From Isurus oxyrinchus (lineage: Eukaryota): a stretch of DNA of 64,000 nt. The notes under the pieces are model-generated. The model did not search any database. It had not been told where the DNA came from and saw only the letters and a list, made by a program, of their open reading frames with translations. A program made the translations under genes and the position numbers. Shown here one piece after another: positions 13,596 through 26,014 of this stretch; the stretch's first letter is position 1; each line of letters begins with the position of its first letter. The stretch is taken from the NCBI GenBank assembly GCA_026770705.1, contig JANJGN010000011.1, forward strand, positions 146,630,001 to 146,694,000, written 5' to 3'.

Positions 13596-14854
13596 TGAGG
13601 GGAAAAAGGTCTTGTGATGTAATGGTAGCACCCCTACCCTCTGGGCCAGAAACAAACTTGTTGGCCATGGAAGGAGTGTTCATGATGTAATTCAATGGGC
13701 TGATAATCAACCTGGGAACCCTTCCATCAATTCCCACTATTCCTTAAAGGGGAATTAAAAATGTCTGAAGGTGTACTGAGAAAACCTCAAGGACTGGACC
13801 TGCACGGTCCAAGTTTCCAATCCTGGCATCGCATCAGTTTGTCCCACTGTGTGGCCTTAGGATGGTGTTGGATCAAAGTACTCTATGCATGCAGGGGATT
13901 CACCTTTAAGCGCCCATCTCATTCAGCAATCCCAGATCGGCCGCTCAGGAAGGGCCCAGTGGCCAATCATGAAATGCAGGTAAGAAGTGACACTATAGCA
14001 ACGAATCCCTTTTAGGAAGATTTCTAGCTGTTATCCTTAATCCTTTTTAAGCTGTCGACGACAAAAAGAAACACACTTTAAACTTATCATTTAAACTAAA
14101 ATTGACCACTTTTTTTAAAAAAAGCCATACGATGATAGCTTTAAAAAGATAATTAAACCACAATTAACCAATTGTTAACATTTGATTGGAATAACTTAAT
14201 TCTCCAGATTGTAAAATGAGATTTCTGCTGATTTAGTGATCTTTGATGTTTCAGTCACATTCCTAGGTTATTGTATTATTTTTCCCAAACTATTTTTTCC
14301 TGAAATAGAGTGTGAGGGGTTGGAGATGAATTAATTGCTGAGGTGAATAATATCTGTAAATAAGAATAGTAGGTGTACAAGAAACAAAATCTACATTTGG
14401 ATTTCAAAATGTGAACCACATTTTAAAAGACGTATTGCATATTCAAGCCATTGAATCTCCCTGCAGTTTACACAATTTGATGTCAGGCATTGGTAAATCA
14501 TGTTACCTCCAATATTACTCTCGTTAATTGCATCATTATTAATTGATATGGTAGTGTTTTTATCCTTTTTTCAAAAGCTTATAGAAATCTAAAGTGTATA
14601 TATTATGAAGAGTAATATTTGTGTTGGGTAATTCCAGATATGAGGCAGGTGCAGCCCAATAGCTCTAAACTTAAAAAGGTCTGCACATACATTACAATTC
14701 ACCCAGTCCACTATTATTCTACAGGAAGATGCTCACTTTCATGTGTGTTTTGCTGCAGTGAATGATTGGACTGTGCTGATTAAAATCTGTACTGAAGTTG
14801 CATTTTCTCTGTAAACCTGAAGAAGTGTTAATGAATGTTTTTCCAATTTTGTCC

Positions 14855-15175
14855 ACCCTTCTCGCAAAGACTTTGACATTGGTTGAAGCGTGACTCTGTG
14901 GGTATAGTCACACTGCTACTTAGCCTAAATGTCTATTCTTCAGATGTGGCCTATATGATGATGAACATCAAGGCTGAGGCCAGTCATGTCCTTACCCAGT
15001 ATTCACATGTGTGCACTATCTAGCTGGGATCACTGGGTTGCAACCAGAAGCAGGAAGCTTGTTGGATTTGTCCCTTCCCACCATAGGGATACTAAAGCCA
15101 ACTGTGGTGCACCTACTGTCACCTTGAATGTAAACACAGACCTGGAAGTAAACCTTGGACTTTCTGGTGTATAAT
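14855..15175 (-). mobile_element. Old SINE-like repeat, probably related to 49385-49660
   Basis: Loosely shared blocks between the two loci (tcactgg...aggagtagaa/agcaggaa...tttgtcc). Confidence 0.35.
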
Positions 15176-16237
15176 AACTCATTTGCATGCTGCCTATGCT
15201 ACTTGAGCTGGTAGGGGTAGGGGAGAGAGATCTGTTAAGCACCTTCAGGGCCTGTGAAGTTTTTGTTCAGCAGAAGTTTTAGTTTGTTTATTTGAAGTCA
15301 CTAACATGATATTTACGTAAGGTATCCTTATTTCATACAGCTCCCAGTGATAAAACTAAAAACAATTGACATCCAGTGCAAACAGTTGTGGATAAACAAA
15401 TATCAACATATTATTAAAACGATCAAAGTGTTTGTAGTACATTACAGAATTGGTATTGCTCTATCATTTGTTATTCTATGGTGCATCATCGAATTTATTT
15501 CACCACTATAAAAGCTCCACCATTTTCAACAGCGTAAGCTTCAGTTTTGATGGCAAATGAAATAATAATAAGCTGTTGCTTCTTTTAGCATTCATCAATT
15601 AGTGAATTTCTAAGGAGAATTATTGTTCTGATGACTTTACCTCCTTTCATGTTTTAACTTGTAGCAAGTATTGAATTAAAATTTTTGGTGTGGCTGCACA
15701 GCTTGTTGTGCTTTGGCATCACAACAAAAGAAAATCAATGTGTGAAGGGTTGTCCTGTTGTCTGAGGTGATTTACTCACCCAGTGCTTCCAACAGTTATA
15801 GTACAGTTGATATCAAACTTTGAACATTCTTGTTCTTGAGTTCTCTTCCTGAAGGCAGATCCTTGGTGATTATTTGCTGAACCATTTTCTTTATTATGGG
15901 TAGGGCAAGCAGGTAGACCCCATGTCTACCTCAGCTGGAACGAGGAAATGAGCTCCATGTGGTTCATGTTAATCTGAACCACACACTAGCTGAGCTAAAT
16001 GACTCTCCAGTTTGAACATTACCTTGATAAACAAAATAACAATCTTATATTTAAGAAACATCATTCACAATATCAGCATAACTCAACATGCTTCATGACT
16101 GTTGAAGTACTTTAAGAATGAATTTACTGTTGTTATGTAACCAAACGCATCACCCAAACAGTCATCCGTTTGTGTATGACTGTCTAATTTGTTACATGGC
16201 AGTTGAGTTCTAATTTTTTATTGTTTTATATAGTTTA

Positions 16238-16470
16238 TTTTATTCTTTCATGGGATGTGTGTGTTGCTGACTAGGCCAACATTTATTGTCCATCCCTAAT
16301 TTCCCTTCACAAAGTGGTGGTGAGCGTCTCAGTCCATGTGGTGTAGGTACACCCACAGTGCTGTTAGGACAGGAGTTCCAGGATTTTGACCCAACAGCAG
16401 TGAAGGAACAGTGATAAAGTTCCAAGTTAAGGTGATGTGTGGCTCAGAGGTGAACTTGCAAGTGGTGTTC
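16238..16470 (-). mobile_element. CR1-clade LINE 3' end, same family as 11340-12712
   Basis: Reverse complement of the tail seen at 12560-12712. Confidence 0.75.
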
Positions 16471-16569
16471 CACCAAACAACAAGCTTGCGCTGTTGAAAA
16501 TTATGGAGCTTTTACAGTGAAGAAATAAATTCAGTACTACTCCAGGAATATCGACTATAGGATAACAAA

Positions 16570-17165
16570 TCTAAGAACATTAATCACGAAATAGGCTATC
16601 TGGCCCAACCAATCAATATTGATATTTATGTCCCATCTGAGTCTCCTCCCACCCTTTCTCATCTAACTTATCGACATAATCCTCGATTCCCTTCTCCCAC
16701 TTATGCTTATCTAGCCTCTCGTTAAAGGCACCTATACTACTTGCTTCAACAATTCTGTAGTAGCAAGCCCCACATTCTCATCATTCTCTGGATAAATAAG
16801 TTTCTTCTGAATTCCCCATTTGATTTCTTGCTGACTGTCTTGTATTGATGGACTCCAGTTTTGCTCTTCCTCACAAGTGGGAACACTCTGTGTCTCTGCT
16901 ATCAAAACCTTTCATAATTTTGAAACCTCTATCAAGTTACCTTTCAGCTATTACTTCTTAAGAGATGAGGACCTGAACCTTCTCATCCTTTACTGATGAA
17001 TTTAATCTCACAATTCTGCACTCATCCTTCTTAATCTCTTTTGTACCCCCTGCAGTGCCTGTGTCTTGGTTTTATAATATGGTGACCTAAACTGTACACA
17101 GTAGTCCAATTATGGCCTAAAAATAACTTCTCTACTTTTCAATTTTATCCCTCTAGAAATAAACT
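16570..17165 (-). mobile_element. Decayed CR1 LINE 3' fragment
   Basis: Minus-strand CR1 hallmarks (ttcataattttgaaacctctatcaagttacctttcag; aaactgtacacagtagtcca). Confidence 0.7.
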
Positions 17166-17302
17166 CTAGCTCTTGATTTTGAGAAGTAACAAGGACAGAA
17201 ACTGTAAATAAATAAACATGCTTAGCTCAGCACATTTTTGCTGTGTATCAGACATTTATACCCACTAGTTGATGGACCTGCTGAGTCTCCACTTGACTAG
17301 TG

Positions 17303-17890
17303 TCAGCCTTGTGTCAGTACTAGCACACTCACCTCTGAGTCAGAAAGTTGTGGATTCATGCCCTAGGGTGGAATTTTCTGCCCCCATGGACCGCTAGGAT
17401 CATCCAGTCCCACCCAAAGTCACTGGACTTTTGGCTGGGCCACTGAATCTCCCCTGGCGGATCCCACCATGATGGAGACGGAAAATCCCGGCCCTATTCC
17501 AGAGACTTGAGCACCGTAAACTAGGCTGATACATCAATGCTGCACTGAGAATGTGCTATGCAGTTGGAGTTGTCATCTAATGGATGAGACATTTAATTAA
17601 CACTCTGTCTTCCCTCTGAAATGGACTTAAAAGATCCCACTGCACAACGGGAATATGAGCTTGGGAGTTGTCCCTATTTTCCTGGCCAATATTTATCCCC
17701 CTATCAACATCATTAAAAAGAAAAGGTCTGCTCATTATCTCATTGTTCTTTGTGGGACCTGACTGTGGACAAATTGGCTGCTACATTTTCATTATTACAA
17801 CAGCGACTATACTTCAAAGTAGCTCATTAGCTGTGGAATATCTTGGAACTTCCTGGCATCATGAAAAGCACTATATTGTTGCAAGTTCTT
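17303..17890 (+). mobile_element. Deu-domain SINE (SacSINE1/AmnSINE1-like) carrying a short TIR insert
   Basis: tRNA-like head, ggatgagac...aaagatccca, cctggccaatatttatccc, L2-like tail ctatattgttgcaagtt. Confidence 0.75.
17366..17493. mobile_element. 128-bp MITE with the same TIR type as copies A-E
   Basis: gggtggaattttc...gaaaatcccggcc; TSD cta/cta. Confidence 0.75.
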
Positions 17891-18639
17891 TATGCTTTTT
17901 TAAGGGAACACTTTCTTTTTAGCCTGAAAACATTGGGGTAAGAGTAGTTTAATTGTTTTATAACACATTGGTTCTTGATATATGTCCTATTTATTTTAAT
18001 GTTTATGATTTTAAAGTGTTTAATCTTACTGTTTTTTGGCTGTAATTGTATAGACATGATGAATTCAGCAGAAGGGATTCCACATTATAAAGGGCTCTAT
18101 ATTGGAAATGTATCACTTACTGTAGGGCTGATTAATGGCAAGTTTTTAGTGTGAAGTGAGAGGCAGATACAAAATGGGTGGCAGGGGCCACAAGCTGTGG
18201 AGCTGTCCTCAGCTGTGCCTAGAGGCAGAATATCTTGTTTTGGAAAGCTAACTAATGAAAGCAGACTTGACAAAGGACACATTAAACTGTAGTGTCAAGT
18301 CAACACAGAAAAACATATTCTACTTGAGCTGCTTTCCTATGGTACCACCCTGCTACGTGACTTCCTCTGCTGAAAGAAAACAGTGGCCAACTCATTTAAG
18401 TGAATGATCAATATGGCACAACAGTAGAGTGGAAGGCTGATGACTATCATAAATTTGAGCTGTTTGGGTAAGAATGGCACCGCTGATATTACAGCAGTTA
18501 AAAGCATGTTAGGTGACTTGGGACATTGATACACTCAACCGTCTTGCAAGGCTGCCAAAGATTCCTTTCATGTCGTTCAATAACAACAAAATTTGTAGTG
18601 CTTTGCTTTAGTATAACATAAATTACAGCCAGCCATCAT

Positions 18640-19580
18640 TTATGACCTTAATCACCTTTAGACTCAACTATTCTAATACTATACAAAAACAGAATTACCT
18701 GGAAAAACTCAGCAGGTCTGGCAGCATCGGCGGAGAAGAAAAGAGTTGACGTTTCAAGTCCTCATGACCCTTCGACAGAACTTGATTTCGAGTCCAAGAA
18801 AGAGTTGAAATATAAGCTGGTTTAAGGTGTGTGTGTGGGGCGGAGAGATAGGGAGAGAGGTGGTTGTGTAGACAAACAAGCAGTGATAGAAGCAGATCAT
18901 CAAAAGATGTCTAATACTATCTAATACTAAAATATTCTAATACTATCTTGGCCAGTTTCTCACACTGTGTCCTCTATAAGCTTGAGTTCATCCAAAGCTC
19001 TGCTGCCCATGTTGCAACTCACACCAAGTCCCATTTGCCCAACAACAATGTGCTTGCTGATGCACATTGGTTCCCGGTCTTGTATTGTCTTAATTTTAAA
19101 ATTCTCCTCCTTGTTTTCAAATCCCTCCCTATATTTTAACCTCCTCCAGCCCTATAACATTCCAAGGTTCCTACATTCCTTCAATTCTGGCCTTACAAGT
19201 GTGGGGGGATGAACTTCACCACTGGAATAGGTGACTGAATCGTGCTGTCTGCTATCCATGCAGCCAAAATCTAGGCCATAATGTTCATAGGCATGGACTG
19301 ATATAGGAACTAGAAATTGGTGTATGGATGGAGTTAAGACATGTACATTGAGAAGTGCACCAATGTTATTTCTGCATCCAAGTCTACTTAATGTCGGCAC
19401 TGCCTAAAATGAGAAAATGTTACATTTAATATTGCTAAAATTGTTCATCATCTTGATAGAAATCACTACAGTTCTCCAATTTTAGCCTCTTGTAAATCAC
19501 TGATTTTCATATCTCTTTATATGGCTAAAATCTTATTTGATAATTCTCCTGTGAAGCACCTTGGGTTGTTTTACCCTGTT
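18640..19580 (+). mobile_element. Decayed L2-like LINE 3' fragments
   Basis: tagactcaactattctaat; peptide KLEFIQSSAAHV...HWFPVLYCLNFKILLLVFKSL typical of L2 RT C-terminus; tail gtgaagcaccttggg. Confidence 0.65.
18683..18909 (-). mobile_element. Penelope-like terminal fragment containing a minimal hammerhead-like motif
   Basis: Shark repeat aactcagcaggtctggcagcatc; minus strand agtt-CTGTCGA-agggtc atgag gactt-GAAACGTC-aact; flanked by repeated tctaatactat. Confidence 0.6.
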
Positions 19581-19629
19581 TTTTTTCTTTCAAGTTGTTT
19601 TAGATATATGGTGAGCAACTGATAAAAAA

Positions 19630-20072
19630 GAGAAATGTGCATTTATACAGCACCTTTCATGACCACCAGACATCTCCAGACACGTTAGAACCAATGATAT
19701 GCTTTTAAGGTATAGTTATTGTTGCAATGTGGGAAAGATGGTAGTCAATTTGCACTCAGCAAACTCCCACAAATAGCAGTCTGATTATGACCAGATAATC
19801 TGTTTTTGTGATGTTGATTGAGGGTTAAATATCGTCCAGGACACTGGGGATGACTCTCCTCTTCTTCAAAATAGTTTAATGGAATCTTTGATATCCAACT
19901 GAGAGGGCAGAAGAGGCCTTGGTTTAGCATCTCACCTGAAAGACAGCAGCACTGGCAGGTCAGCAATGGAGTGTCAGCCTAGATTTTTGTGCTCAAAGTC
20001 CTGAGATGGGAATGTGACCCCACTAACTTCTGACTCAGGGGCAAGATGTTACTAACTGAGGCATGGCTGACA
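19630..20072 (-). mobile_element. Deu-domain SINE (SacSINE1-like), near full length
   Basis: Reverse complement of the 17303-17890 family. Confidence 0.75.
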
Positions 20073-20084
20073 TAACTGTTAAAG

Positions 20085-20292
20085 AAATAACTTGTATTTA
20101 TGTTGTGCTTTTTCACAATCTCAGAACATTCCAAAGCACTTCACAGCTAATGACGTACTTTTGCAAGTGTAGTCACTGCTGTAACATTAATGCGCAGCCA
20201 TTTAGACCACAGTGAGAGCCCACAAACAACATTTTAATTATGTTGGTTGAGAGTTAAATGCTGGCCAGGAGAACTCTCCTGCTCTTCCCAAT
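20085..20292 (-). mobile_element. Deu-domain SINE 3' part; resumes at ~21397-21460 after the inserted TIR elements
   Basis: Same motifs as 19630-20072; atggaatattttatatccac...catctgaaagacagc continues the consensus after 21396. Confidence 0.6.
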
Positions 20293-20966
20293 GGCCAAGA
20301 TTTTGCAGTGGTAATGATGGTGAAACTAACTCAGCATTCTCTGTCATTACGTCACGGGAGCTAACAGAAAATTCAGGAGCCCGCACATGTACAGAATAAT
20401 GCAGAGATCCAGAAGTTGATGTCAGTGATTCTGTGAATCTCCAAAGGGTATGCTTTTGAGGCACCCTAGAAATAAAATCAGCAATAAATCAAATGAACTA
20501 ATGAGAGCTCCCACTCTTACGCTGCGAGTCTCAATATAAAAACCTTTGAAAAAGTTGCACCTTCCTGAATGAGATACAACTTCATAATTATTGCCAAACA
20601 CCCTGGCCCTGAAAAGCTAGTTTTAAATTTATGAAATGTCAAATTTCTCCGTGATAAAGCTTTCCACATTTTTTTTAAAAAGTAATTTAAGTTTGTTTAC
20701 CTTGGATTTAGATAGCATAATAAATGGTTGGGATTTATTTTAGCTACTTGGCAATTTAAATTAAAAACATTTGAACCTTGCTGTGTGTGAACACTTCAGT
20801 GTGATTGGTTGTTTACCTGTTTGCTGACATCACTGTTGCTGCATGCCAAGGTATCCCCTTGGTTTGGCACCACATTTAAATAGTCTTCAGGAAAATCGCA
20901 CCGCAGAAATCACTAGATTTTTTAAGGTATCTTGCTTTGAGGTCTGCACCACTGACCACACCCGTG

Positions 20967-21396
20967 GGCCAGGATTTTCTGGTTGTCGGGCGTGCTTGGC
21001 AGGGGCAAGCAGGAGTGGCTGTGAAACTGTCACATGAGCAGGGACATGTTAAAGATGATTTTGAAAAGTTTTAAACTTTATTTAAATCACTGGTCGAAAC
21101 CTCATCCTGTCCATGGATGATGTTTCGTCAAAAATGCAAAGGCCGCCTGCCCTTTTCGCCAGCCCGCCAACCAACCCATTGGACAGGCAGTGAAAAATTT
21201 CAATGATTTAGTTCATTAAGGCCCTTAATAGGCCTGTGAATTGGTGGCAGGCGCACTGCTGATTCCCGCATGTGCCCACCAACTGAAATATGCGAGTGTG
21301 CGATGGTGTTGGGATGCTCACCCAACATCATCACGCGTCATTTTATGCTGGTTTGGGTTCAGTGTGCGCCCACCCGCTGTGCCAAAAATTCTGCCC
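20967..21396 (-). mobile_element. Harbinger-like MITE copy B, internally deleted
   Basis: ggccaggatttt...aaaattctgccc; flanks gtg/atg. Confidence 0.75.
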
Positions 21397-21491
21397 ATGG
21401 AATATTTTATATCCACATGAAACTGGAATGCTGCTTAACCTCTCATCTGAAAGACAGCTAATGACATTCTCATCTAATTAAAACATCAGCC

Positions 21492-21920
21492 TTCTGGGAG
21501 CCACACTTTAGGAAGGATGCGAAGGCATTGGGGAGAATGCAGAAAAGATTCACCAGAATGGTTCCAGGGATGAGGAGCTTCAGTTATGAAGATAGATTGG
21601 AGAAGTTATTCATGCTTTTCTTGGAGAAAAGAAGCTCAGAGGAGAATTGATGGAGGTATTCAAACTCATGAGGAGTCTGGGCAGAGTAGATAGGGAGAAA
21701 CTGTTCACACTGGTGAAAAGATGGAGAATGAGAGGGTACAGGTCAGAAGTAATTGGCAAAACATGCAAAAGCGATAGGGCAGAAATATTTTCCATACAGC
21801 CAGGGGTTAAGATCTGGAATGCACTGCCTGAGACCATAGTGGAAGCAGGGTCAATGGAAGCATTCAAATGGGAATTCGACTGTTATCTGAAAGGGAAGAA
21901 TGTGCAGGGTTACGGGGAGG
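21492..21920 (+). mobile_element. CR1 LINE ORF2 C-terminal fragment
   Basis: Peptide EVFKLMRSLGRVDREKLF...IWNALPETIVEAGSMEAFK. Confidence 0.85.
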
Positions 21921-23084
21921 AGAGCTCATTCGGAGATTCAATGATCAGCCCAAATAAGTCTCTTGCAGGGGACTTGAACCTTCTGACTCAGGGGAAGTGT
22001 TGGTACCAGAAACAAGACAGTTGCCCGCAACAGCGAGTGCTCTCCCAGTCCTATTGTGATATCTCTGCTAAAACCGAGGCTCAATGATGCCACATATTCA
22101 ACCCTGGTCACTAGATATGGAAGACACAATTTATCCAGGATTGTTGACCAGTTCTGAACCGCTGTCGATCCCACTGTAATACTGCCTGAGCTGAAGGGCA
22201 TACAGCCCGTTGTTGTAGCGCAGTGACAACGATAGTTGCGAACGGTACTCCAGGATAGGGTGAACTCAAGGGAGTTTGTGATTGTTTTTTTTTTACAGCA
22301 CCGCACACACTGTACTTCCATCTCAATCCCTGGCTGGGCAGAAAGCGTAAACCCCAGCTATAAACCCGATCCTGTGCAATTAAACCACTTAAAGCCACAG
22401 ACACAGAAAGGCTGAAATTCCGGGTCTTTTGCATTGGCGCAACGATTTCGTGCTGCTGTCTGGTAATGGGATTCTGAATCCTTGTTTCATTTGCGTGTGG
22501 TGATAAGACACCCATTCAAAGTTGCCCCCGGAAAGTGCAACTGCAATCGAGACGGCCCCTTTAGGGATTCAGGTTGGAATGCAGGAAGCTTCGAATTCAG
22601 CCCAGCCACCTGGAAAAATGTTGGCCCCACTCCTTTAGAAATAGCATTTTCCCCACTTTCAACTGCGCTCATATTATCCGGTTTCCGTAAAGAGGGCGGT
22701 GTCCTCAATACCGCCTCCTTGTGACTGAAAGTACGTATTCACCCCCATGGTCATTATGTGAGGCTAGATTCGGTGGGTTTTTTTGCCATGCGGCGTAAAA
22801 CCATGGGTCGACACTTGCACCGGGAATGTTTAAAGAATCCACCACATGAATAAAAAGAATAGCGAGGATGCTTAAAAAGAAATACAGTATTTCGATTTCC
22901 GGACGTGCTTTGCTGTTTATCCATATGTCACTTTAGATTAAATCATAAACTTTTTGACAACAAACATTTGTGGGTGTTGATTTATTTACTAAGATTTGTT
23001 TTCGATGTCTCTCCGTTGTCCTATTACTGCTGAAAACCAACAGATCAATGCTGGCGTTTCACCCCCGCGCATAACTTTTTAACA

Positions 23085-23165
23085 AATTAATTAATCCTAA
23101 TGAATTAACGCTTCATTTATTTAAACGCACCGCAGTTCATGAATTAAAATTTCATGGAGTGATTA
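23085..23165. promoter_or_regulatory. Cluster of POU4F/homeodomain-type sites, candidate POU4F1 autoregulatory enhancer
   Basis: AATTAATTAAT, CTAATGAATTAA, CTTCATTTATTTA and TTCATGAATTAA within 80 bp. Confidence 0.5.
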
Positions 23166-25839
23166 AAGCCTTGTAAAAGATGCATGATTTCGTTAAAAAT
23201 TCCTAATAAATCAGACCAGACTAGTTCATGACAAGGCAGCGGCTTCTCGGAGAGCCGCTCTCTGAACTTGAAGCCGGTCTTATAATGGCTTTGAATTTCA
23301 AACAGGGCAGTCGCTCTTCATTTTTGCAAGACAGGGTCTTCTGCTTTGTAAGCGGTAATGAGATAACAATGGGTATCGCAGGACGTTCTATGCAATCAGA
23401 ACACTGGCATTCTGATCCCAAGCAGGCTTGCTCTTATCTTTCCCCAGAAGGGGTTCACCAGCAAGCACCCTGGGATGAAAACCACAATTAAGGCTTTCAA
23501 TATTTAATACTACAACATTATACACTTTGGATGAAATCGCAATTATGCCGGCCGTATACACGCAGTTAGCTGGTCTTTGCTGATGGAAAGAAATGACTTA
23601 TTTGAATACCTCCATGCGATTAAAGCCACTATTTCATTGTTATTTCATTTTTTTTGTTTGTTAACATTTCAACCTTTACAGGAGCGCCAAACAAATTATA
23701 CAATCCACCCTATTTTTATATGCACTTCAATCGTGGGGCATATTAACCAAACCAAGTCATAGCAACTCCCAATCTAGATGTTTTGCGTTGAACTGAAATT
23801 ATGGAAGGATATACGTCTCTGTTTTTAAAGTCAGGCTATGAAGTTTAAGACACATGTAAGCGCCGATTGTCTGGTCTTCGACCTTTTTGGATGTTTGTTA
23901 CATGTTAATTGCTGAGTTAGAAACCGAGCAGCCAATGTGAAAACAGATCCTCTCTGGCTGGTTTCTGAGTTCGTGAAACTGATTGTGTGTAGAAAATATA
24001 GTAGAATTTTAAAACGGTTTCGCCTGAACCCCATATTACATCTGTAGACTCTTAGCAAGGGGGAGGGGCTTCCCTTTGCTCAATGTAAATTTCATGAATT
24101 AATATACCTCGTTTTTGTGAATGTTAAGTTACATGTATAGTCATCATGTACTGTTGTTGACAACATGCTTTGCACTGTGTTATTTAAGGCGTTTAAGCTT
24201 TTATAATAAGTATAATATATTTAATATAGTTTTCTGGTTCTTAATACATAATAGCACCATTGCACCATATTTTATCTGAGTCAAGATTACAAGCCCCAAA
24301 ATAATTCAGTAGTTGTTGAAATCTCTGATAAGTTGGCTATGGTCAATTAAAGATGTTTGCATTAAGAGAGCGGGTATAATAATATGTTAGCATGTACCTT
24401 AGCGTTCGGGGCGTTTCACTATATGCACAGTTTTACAGCACCATTACATTCAACTATTCTAGGCAGCTATTTGTGGAAAAATTTTATTGAAGGATTGTTC
24501 AAAACGACTTGTGCCTTATTAAAAATAATTAAAAATAAATCGACCCGAGAATTGCAATCGCACATTCCTGCACTCAATTCTCAACAGAATAATGATCCAA
24601 CAGCAGGAGCTGAACGTTGGCCATTATATATGCGCGGCTTTGTAGAAAAAAAAGTTCCACATTCTACACTCAGAAAGACACTCCCACCAACCCCAGCACC
24701 ATCTGTCCCCACCCCCGTCTCCACCCCAGTAAAGAAGCAAATAAATTAAATGGCACATTCATTCTGTGTCTTGAAAAGCTTTTAAAAGTTGAGACCATCG
24801 ATTGTGTTTTCAATACTTTTAGAGCAATTTAAAAGGGATGGGTAGAAACCTAGAACTGTTTGCCGTTTTTTTTAACCACTTGAATGATCTTCTGTAGGGA
24901 GGCAGATGGATAGTTTTGAACGGTGGGCCACACAGCATTTAAAAACGGGCTAGCCTGACCTGTATTTGGCCTGAGGAGCCATTACCTTATTTACTTGAAG
25001 AAGGTACAGAAATGTCAACTCGTTACCTTAAGGGAACGCAACAAAGCTGCCTACATAAGTACTTTGCTAACAAAATGAAGCCTCGAGTGTTACATAATTG
25101 TATGCCTCTGTCCTTATAAAACGCCAGTATCGTGCAGCTCCATGACAAAAATAAATGGCGCTTTTAAAGTAATAAAACGTCCCAAGGCATTTCACAGAAA
25201 CACTAAAACAAAATATGACATGGGGCCACATTGTGAGCTACTAGGGCAGATGACCAAAAGCTTGGTCAAAGAGTTGGTTTTAAGGAGCCTGTTAAAGGTG
25301 GAGTGAGAAGTAGAGGGGTGTAAAGAGGATATTCCAGAGTTTAGGGTCAAAGCAATTGAAGGCCATTCAATGGTGGGGCGATTAAAATCGGAGATTCTCG
25401 AGAACTATACACACACAAACATCTATATACAAACGCCCATCGACCAACTGTCACGCTTCAAAGTGTCATCATTGGTTATGGACGGCAAAAAAAAATGTAT
25501 TTGAATAAAATAGTCATTGGTGTAAAGCCTGAGATTTACAGCAATTACCATTGCCCTGTGAATGAGATTATCAGTTTACAACCAGCTGGTCACTGCGATT
25601 TTAGAGCATGGTTTGAAAAGGACAGGCCAAGTTAGACATCACAACAAAGTCTAGATCCCAGGCTAGTGATAAACACTATCGACGATCATGTAGTGTGCAA
25701 TATAAAATATATTAGCAGAGCTGCTCTTACATTGCTCACTGTTAACCACTGCTGCTATAAGGGGGAGGTGCTGTTTGTAACAATCTCAAACCCAGCAGAA
25801 TCGTCTTTGAATTAATCCTGACAAATTGGTTAAATGAAA

Positions 25840-26014
25840 ACCATGCGGATGCTGGAGATCTGAAATAACAGAAAAGACTGGAAATACTCAGCAGGTCTGG
25901 CAGCATCTGTGCAGTGAGAACGACTCATTCACATTCCAAGAAAAGTCATATTCAACTGGAAACGTTAACTATATTTCTCTCTTCACGGGTGCTGCCAGAC
26001 CTGCTGAGTATTTC
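25840..26014. mobile_element. Penelope-derived inverted-repeat element
   Basis: Perfect 25-bp inverted repeat at 25881-25905 / 25990-26014, same family as 18683; degenerate GAAACGTTA core. Confidence 0.65.
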
